Source: Promethearchaeota archaeon
GTDB taxonomy: Archaea > Asgardarchaeota > Heimdallarchaeia > Hodarchaeales > Hodarchaeaceae
Direction: 5' to 3'
Assembly (NCBI GenBank): GCA_048938105.1
Contig: JBHLMN010000022.1
Span: forward strand, 44,170-108,169
Length of the DNA stretch: 64,000 bases
Of this stretch, positions 57,951 to 64,000 are shown piece by piece; position 1 is the stretch's first letter, and every line of letters begins with the position of its first letter. The position numbers and the translations under genes are program-made. The notes beneath the pieces were generated by a model that saw nothing but the letters and a program-made list of their open reading frames with translations, searched no databases and was not told the origin of the DNA.

Positions 57951-58514
57951 ATGCGTTATTGTGTGAATTGTGGATCGTCGTATGATGAAGATGATCGTTA
58001 TTGTGCCCATTGTGGTTTTATTCTTCGTTCTCGGCCTCAGGTAGCTCAACCCTCTGAGGTTCGTGAGACTCGTGTGTCTCGCCCTGTTGAGTTTATCCCT
58101 CCTCCTCATCGTGTCTCTCGCCCTCGTCCTTCTAGTAATGCCTCCTCTGTTGTTGCTGGTCTTGTCTTTCTTTCTGTTGCTTTTCTTCTCGCTATTCTCT
58201 TCTTTTCTCCGTCTCTCTTTGGCTCCTTTGCGGGCCTTTTTGGGTCTCTTGGGGGCAAACTCGGTAGTCTTGGGGGTGAATTTGGGCGTCTCGCTGGTGA
58301 ATTGGGTAGTAAGTTTGGTCATCTTGGTGGTGAACTTGGACGTGGCTTTGGTACTTTTGGTGGTCATATCGGGAGTCATTTTACTCCTCGATCATCTATC
58401 TTTCGCATCCTTTTTGTTGTCTTCGTTCTTGGTTGGGTCCTGATTCCTGGCTTGGCCTTTCTTGTTCGGTCTCGCCAGCATCGAGATCATTATCAAAATT
58501 TGCGTTGGGATTAG
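57951..58514 (+). CDS. Zinc-ribbon membrane protein with glycine-rich repeat
   Basis: ATG after AAGGTGA; CVNCG..CAHCG; TM, (F/L)GxLGG repeats, TM. Confidence 0.8.
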   Translation: MRYCVNCGSSYDEDDRYCAHCGFILRSRPQVAQPSEVRETRVSRPVEFIPPPHRVSRPRPSSNASSVVAGLVFLSVAFLLAILFFSPSLFGSFAGLFGSLGGKLGSLGGEFGRLAGELGSKFGHLGGELGRGFGTFGGHIGSHFTPRSSIFRILFVVFVLGWVLIPGLAFLVRSRQHRDHYQNLRWD

Positions 58515-58516
58515 CT

Positions 58517-58759
58517 GTGGAGTCGAAGGTGCCTTTGTCAGTTATATTTGGTGTTACTTCTCTCAGGCATCTTCCTCCCTCTGCTCAGAAGATCTATTCC
58601 ATCTTACATTCGAATGATTCTATGCGGCTTCATGATATTGAGTCTCTGACCAGTTATTCCTCTCGTATGATCCGTTATGCTCTTCGTTGTTTGATGAATG
58701 CTCAATTAGTGTCTCGAGTCAATGGCTTGTGGCATTATTCCTTTGCTGTTAACCGTTAA
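58517..58759 (+). CDS. Second small winged-helix regulator, paralog of 57400-57642
   Basis: LPPSAQKIY..L...DIES.T.YS.R.IR.ALR.L.NAQL; start approximate. Confidence 0.75.
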   Translation: MESKVPLSVIFGVTSLRHLPPSAQKIYSILHSNDSMRLHDIESLTSYSSRMIRYALRCLMNAQLVSRVNGLWHYSFAVNR

Positions 58760-58775
58760 TGTATTGAAAAATGTG

Positions 58776-59285
58776 ATGAATATGTTCAGTAATGAATCAA
58801 CTGATAAAAATGTGACCTATCAACACCACTCCTTCGTCTTATACTACGCTGCGTTAGCTGTTGGTGTTGTACTGATTGCGCTTTCCCTTTATCTTTGGGT
58901 TCCTGCTTATGCTCTGGTTATTCTTCCTAGTGCCTTTATGGTTCTTGGGGTTTCTTATTCTCTTCTTGCTTCCCGTCATTCTTCCCGTGATTTTTCTTTT
59001 TTCGTGACGATTATTGTGGGTGTCCTTACTGTTGGTATGGGGTTAATTTTCTTGCCCTTTGTCGAGATTATTCTGTCTGTTGGCCTCCTGGTATTTGCGT
59101 TGTCTCTTACTTATTATAAATCTCGTTCTTCTCCCCATGCTCCCTCCTTTTTCGTGCTGATTGCCCTGGGTGTTCTGGCGGGTACTGTTCTTCTTACTGT
59201 GTTATCGTTTATTGGATTTTCCAACATCTACCTTGGGACTTTTCTAGTTATGTCTATCTTGGGTTTAATGGTTTCTGATCTGTAA
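58776..59285 (+). CDS. Multi-TM membrane protein with internal repeats
   Basis: About six TM helices; SR.S....SFFV repeated. Confidence 0.7.
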   Translation: MNMFSNESTDKNVTYQHHSFVLYYAALAVGVVLIALSLYLWVPAYALVILPSAFMVLGVSYSLLASRHSSRDFSFFVTIIVGVLTVGMGLIFLPFVEIILSVGLLVFALSLTYYKSRSSPHAPSFFVLIALGVLAGTVLLTVLSFIGFSNIYLGTFLVMSILGLMVSDL

Positions 59286-59297
59286 TTATGATAAAGA

Positions 59298-59867
59298 GTG
59301 ACTAAAATGTTTAGTAATAAATCAAGTAATAAAAATGTGAATTTTCGCCCTCCTTCGAAGTATTGTTCAAAGTGTGGGGCTGTTATTGGCTCTGAGGATT
59401 TGTTTTGTCAATCTTGTGGAGCTGAGTTAGCTGCTCGTAAGGTGAGTTCTTACGTGGCGAGTTCTCCTCGCCTAGAGTCTTTCAAAGGGTATATTCAGAT
59501 TATTGGTATCGTTGAGATTGTCTTTGGTATTTTTGCGTTATTCATTGGTTTATTAATGGCCTCATTTGTACCTCTCTTCTACTATCTCATGCGCTATGAG
59601 GTTATTGAGTTTGAGGAACCTATGGTTCCCCGCCTTATTCCCGTTATCTCCGTCTTAATCTTTGTTATTGCGGTCGTGTGCTTCGTTTATGCTTTTGTCT
59701 CTATTCTCAGTGGTAAACGCCTCCTCCAGTATCAGAATTCGGGTCGTATTGGCACTATGGTCATTGGCGCCCTTAACTTGTTCAATTTTCCCTTTGGTAC
59801 CATTTTTGGCATTGCTGCCCTCTATGTCTTGACCCAACCCGAAGTCGAACAGCTCTATACTAAGTAG
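59298..59867 (+). CDS. Zinc-ribbon membrane protein
   Basis: CSKCG..CQSCG; TM helices; FPFGTIFGIAALYVL motif. Confidence 0.8.
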   Translation: MTKMFSNKSSNKNVNFRPPSKYCSKCGAVIGSEDLFCQSCGAELAARKVSSYVASSPRLESFKGYIQIIGIVEIVFGIFALFIGLLMASFVPLFYYLMRYEVIEFEEPMVPRLIPVISVLIFVIAVVCFVYAFVSILSGKRLLQYQNSGRIGTMVIGALNLFNFPFGTIFGIAALYVLTQPEVEQLYTK

Positions 59868-60164
59868 TAGTCTCCCTTCTCTTCCTAAAGGGGGTCTTTC
59901 GTGAGGAGGGAGCTTGTCCCTGATTTTCTGTTTTTTCTTCTTCATTAGCTTCAAGATTTCCGATGTCGTATAACGTTGGTAATACACACAAACCTCCTTA
60001 TATTGAAAAAGAATAAATTTAGAGGTAAACCGATGTTTGGTCTTTCCAATTGTCAGGTACCGTTGGTTAGGTTTTGAAAAGTATTTACAATGGTATATAC
60101 CTGAAATATACCTCGTACGATAATTGGATCAGGAATAATAGGTCTTAATTGTAGTATTTCAAAG

Positions 60165-61034
60165 CTATTTCCTCTTTTCCAGGTTCAAAATTATCCCAGA
60201 ACTCCTTAGGGGGTGACGCAAATCATAGTCTACTCGTGTATCGTGTAGAACTCGTGAACAATAAGGATCTCCTTGTGCAATGGTATGCTCCATTGTTAAA
60301 ATTAAACTCTCATCACGCATTTTTGCGCCTTCGTAATCTCCATAACAACAGACAAGGTACTTAAGTTCAGAATCTGGTAATTCTTCCAAGGCGTCAACCC
60401 AAGTACAATTGTTATTTCGATAGGCATATTTTCCTTCATTAAGTAATGCATGGACTATAATCCATTCTGATGGTTTATCTCCGGGTCTTATACGATTTTC
60501 CAATAGAGTTTCAAGGTCAACAAAATCACTCTCATGATTTTTTCGTCGTTCTTTCTGGAAACACGTGATATATTTCTTGTAGAGCTTAATTGCCTCTTCT
60601 CGTCCTATAGTTTCAATCAAAGCCACAAGATTGTAGTATCTAGGAAGGAGGAATGAATGTAAATAATCTTTATTTATGACGTTGATTTTTTCTTTGCTCC
60701 ACTCGATTTTCTCTGGTAGTTGAAGATTGTGTAAATAGAAGTTAAGACTTAATTGGGCTAATTCAGGATTTCTTTGCAGGTAATCGAACTCGTCGATTAG
60801 TTCATCGAGACTGATTCCTAATTTCTTGATTAAATTTTCCTGCACTAATTTCTGGTATTGATTCTGTAAATTTATCACATACTTCGTTATCACACTGGAC
60901 TTTTGATCATCTACAAATCCAAGTATAAAATTTAGTCTTTTCAAAACCTCTCGTTTAGCATTAGTATAAACTTGTATTTCTACTTCAAATTCAAGAGCGT
61001 TTGACATTGGTTCGCCAGTTCTTGAGATTTTCAT
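60165..61034 (-). CDS. L-2-amino-thiazoline-4-carboxylic acid hydrolase-like protein (possible C-terminal frameshift)
   Basis: IGREEAI, NC.W, VCCYGDY, LTMEHTIAQGDPYC motifs. Confidence 0.8.
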   Translation of the reverse strand: MKISRTGEPMSNALEFEVEIQVYTNAKREVLKRLNFILGFVDDQKSSVITKYVINLQNQYQKLVQENLIKKLGISLDELIDEFDYLQRNPELAQLSLNFYLHNLQLPEKIEWSKEKINVINKDYLHSFLLPRYYNLVALIETIGREEAIKLYKKYITCFQKERRKNHESDFVDLETLLENRIRPGDKPSEWIIVHALLNEGKYAYRNNNCTWVDALEELPDSELKYLVCCYGDYEGAKMRDESLILTMEHTIAQGDPYCSRVLHDTRVDYDLRHPLRSSGIILNLEKRK

Positions 61035-61096
61035 TGCTTTTTAAACCTCGATTTATTCATAATTAAAATTAAACCTGATAAAGATATATTAGAGTA

Positions 61097-61420
61097 TTAA
61101 GTTTCCATTCTTTCCAGTTTGAAACAAACTGGTCTCTTCCCATCCGTACAGCTAGTGTACATTATATTCGGTTCCGTCCAACTATGTTCTCCACCGAAAG
61201 CTAGGACTAGAAGGTCTTTGTATAAATCATGCCACGCCCAACCACAGAAATCTGGAGGTTTTCTCAGCCTTTCCACCAGAAATTCTTGTCCTTCTTCAAA
61301 GATGGAACATATCGTCACGATCTGACCTGAACAGGGAGCGAAAAGATCATGCCCGACGACATCTTTGGGGCCAAACTTTTTTATCACAGAAATTTTTATA
61401 TTATCCATTGCTGTAGCCAC
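61097..61420 (-). CDS. TIGR04076 family protein
   Basis: C..FEEGQEF...P.DFC.WAW.D...SCTDG.RPV.FKLER. Confidence 0.88.
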   Translation of the reverse strand: MATAMDNIKISVIKKFGPKDVVGHDLFAPCSGQIVTICSIFEEGQEFLVERLRKPPDFCGWAWHDLYKDLLVLAFGGEHSWTEPNIMYTSCTDGKRPVCFKLERMET

Positions 61421-61534
61421 ATCCTTTTTTTCCGTTTAATGTGCATTCAATCCATTTTTTTATAATTTAACTCTTTAATGACTCTAAATGCTCCATAGTA
61501 CCATTCTATACAATTTATAAAATTATGCGACTGT

Positions 61535-61852
61535 TTACGTTTCAATTTTCTCAATAGTGAAAACCACGGGTCTCATACCATCCGTACAGCACACATATAC
61601 CTTTTGTTCTCTCCAATCTTTCCCCGCACCGAACGCTAACGTAGAAACGTCCTTATAGATGTCATACCATGCCCATTCACAAAAGTCTTCAGGCTTCTTC
61701 AGCTCTTCTACTAGGAATTCTTGTCCATCTTCAAATAAAGAACAGACCGATATAACTTTCCCAGAAGGACTCTTCATCTCCTGTCCAAATACTTCTTTAG
61801 GATTAAAACGTCTAACAACTGAAATCTTGAGTTTTGTCACCTGTAGAGCCAT
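61535..61852 (-). CDS. TIGR04076 family protein (tandem paralog)
   Basis: C..FEDGQEF...PEDFC.WAW.D...CCTDG.RPVVF.IE. Confidence 0.88.
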   Translation of the reverse strand: MALQVTKLKISVVRRFNPKEVFGQEMKSPSGKVISVCSLFEDGQEFLVEELKKPEDFCEWAWYDIYKDVSTLAFGAGKDWREQKVYVCCTDGMRPVVFTIEKIET

Positions 61853-63104
61853 CTTTAAATTCGATTCTTTTGCAATAAATATTGATTTAATGAAATTTCT
61901 CTAGTTGAAAACTATTTATCTGTATAATAAATTTTTAGCTTCAGGTAAAAGAGCATAGGCTGACTAAACGAAAATTTTGTTGCCATTGTCGATTCATTCC
62001 GAGCTATGATAGCTGATCAAAAAACAGGGACTCTCAATTTAGTCATTTCCACTATGGTTCCTAATAGGATTGACGAAACCATTAATTGTCAACTTTCCTA
62101 ACAACCCCATTGCACCCCACAACTTTACGTATAAAGAATTGATAAGGATTTATAATCAGACATCGTTGGATATGTCTATAATGTCTGAGTCACAGAAGAA
62201 ATTTGATGCTATATTTGAGAAAAAGTCCTTAAAGAAGTTTTTTTTATTAGTCTAAATCTTTCAAATTCGTTCTTTTTTCCCTTTATATGAAAGTCAATTG
62301 ATTTAGTTCAAAAGATTTTTTAAGTAAGAGGGCGTAATTAATGAAAATTTTAGAATTCTTGCTTTTAATGTATTCTTCAGACGCTCAGAATGGGAAAAAA
62401 AAGATGTTTGAGTGAATCATGACATTCAAAGAGTTCTAGATAGTAAGATTATTCCGATGTGCAAAATTTGGGAGGTGAAAGTGATAATGAACTCTTTAAC
62501 TCATCTCATTCTAATGATTGAATTAATTTTTCAACTGATTTAGGAAGGGAAGTCAATGGATTGCCCTCTAACTCCAAAAATTGGAGCTGAGTTAGGATCT
62601 TCGTCATTTTTGAAAATTATAAAGATGGTATTTCTGTTAGTGCTAAACAATCCGTATTCAATACTTAAATACTGAAATAGGTTACTCTTAAGATAATCAT
62701 ATTTTTCAGAGCTGGACGAAAAATCATTCACCATTTCCCTCTTCAATCCACCTCTATTCTGTTGAAATCTGAACGCATCTTTCAAACTATTACTTCACTA
62801 ATAGGGAGGGTATGAATTATACACGGAAATTGTCTATAGAGAGTCTCTAGGTACTCGCTAATCTGTGTCAGTTTGTACAAAAACGGGGACAATATCTTTT
62901 CTTGTCGTAAAAGTGTTGTTGTAAGTATTTTCTATTTGAATTTTATGTTAAGGTTAATTTTTCTACAAGGCTGGTTTGACGACATTAGGTCAATCACAAA
63001 TTTTCTGCTTTTTTCCCAGTTCTGTTAATCCAAGAAATGACCCAATAACTAGATTATTAATAGGAAATACTGTTAGTGAAAAACAAAGGGTCACCATTAG
63101 CTTC

Positions 63105-64000
63105 TCATTCAACACTGTTAAATGAAAAAGATAGTCCATTTATGGTTAATACTTCCATTGATGTTGGTCTTCCTTCATCATCCAACAAGAATTTTACAGC
63201 TAAGATTTGCCAAACTGCTGGGTTCCACTCCGTAATAAATTCAGTTTCATTATGAATTTTGAGAGCGATTTCACCAGAACTTAGAATGAGAAAAAGTGAT
63301 CCATCCTTTATTTTTATGTCTAATTCTATTACGCCTGAATATTTACCTTCAAGTTTTTTAAGTTTATTCAGATCGACATTATTTTGAGGATTTGATAGAA
63401 AATTAGTAATTTCTAACTTCGCTGCAGGTTTACCTACAGGTGCTAAAAAAACTGTAAACTCATCTTCTCCATCTACGCCTAAAAAATCATCAGTTTGGTC
63501 TTGAATATAGATTTCTGTTCCGCAAGTTCCACATCCAATTGCTTCACTTGCGAGATAGAGATTTTGACAGATCATACCTATCTCTATTGAAATCATTTTG
63601 TATGAAGGATTTTTATATTTCCAAACGGTTCGATATGGAACAACAGTCCAGAAGAATATCACAGGTGCATTGATGATATGAGCACGATTTAATAGAATTT
63701 TTTCTAGATTTTCAAACTCTGATTCCAAAGATTTAATAAATAGCAGTTTGTGGCCGTGAGGAACATATCTATAAAGCCCCCGATTAATTCCTTTAACTCG
63801 ATTTAAAACAAGATATGTTTCAAAGGGATGACGAGCACCTGCAGAAGGAACAGTTTTAAATGTCATGAATCCGTTCTTAAAAACTCTCTTAACTCCTTGT
63901 GTACACCAAAGTAGGAATGATAATTCTTCAATTGTTAGAGAAGCTTTAGTGAATCTTCTATGGCTTGCTCTTTTGTTGATTACTTCAAGGAATGGGGGTT
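63105..64000 (-). CDS. SagB/ThcOx-family nitroreductase-like dehydrogenase (5' end beyond the window)
   Basis: Frame is open to the edge: RASHRRF..LTIEELSFLLWCTQG; PSAGARHPFE; QNLYLASEAIGCGTC. Confidence 0.9.
   Translation of the reverse strand, partial: PPFLEVINKRASHRRFTKASLTIEELSFLLWCTQGVKRVFKNGFMTFKTVPSAGARHPFETYLVLNRVKGINRGLYRYVPHGHKLLFIKSLESEFENLEKILLNRAHIINAPVIFFWTVVPYRTVWKYKNPSYKMISIEIGMICQNLYLASEAIGCGTCGTEIYIQDQTDDFLGVDGEDEFTVFLAPVGKPAAKLEITNFLSNPQNNVDLNKLKKLEGKYSGVIELDIKIKDGSLFLILSSGEIALKIHNETEFITEWNPAVWQILAVKFLLDDEGRPTSMEVLTINGLSFSFNSVE

Noticed and set aside
62070-62785. Short ORFs 62070-62255 and 62540-62785 (also 1334-1573, 15544-15825, 21022-21216)
   Set aside because: No motifs or clear RBS; possibly remnants but unsupported
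1-64000. Transposase, integrase, tRNA or rRNA genes
   Set aside because: No ORF with recognisable DDE, HUH or tyrosine/serine recombinase motifs, and no cloverleaf or rRNA-like stretch seen by eye

Overview
AT-rich 64 kb window that looks like an Asgard archaeon, probably Heimdallarchaeia/Hodarchaeales. This is inferred from a degenerate Rab-like GTPase, LRR and Kelch proteins, many NosD/CASH surface proteins with C-terminal membrane anchors, and frequent TTG/GTG starts. Positions ~1-54 kb are a hypervariable island of surface, membrane and accessory genes. Its intergenic spaces are mosaics of decayed pieces of one small block: RDD(+), then a HerA/VirB4-like ATPase(-), then a Rab-like GTPase(-). 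The GTPase/HerA junction (49 bp, GACTCACTCCTCCTAGG-TATTGCATGAGT-GCTTATTT-ACTCATGAAAAT) recurs 11 times, whole or partial, always in the same orientation. It has a 12-8-12 inverted-repeat layout like a tyrosine-recombinase core, and flanking sequence switches at it. Two CASH genes sit between direct copies of it like cassettes. The relics carry mostly conservative or synonymous changes, so they came from functional, diverged alleles. Together this suggests an undescribed integron-like or additive gene-capture platform for surface proteins. No recombinase, transposase, tRNA, rRNA or CRISPR array was seen in the window, so repeated duplication and decay remains an alternative. The right end holds a T-rich wHTH/zinc-ribbon module and ordinary metabolic genes.
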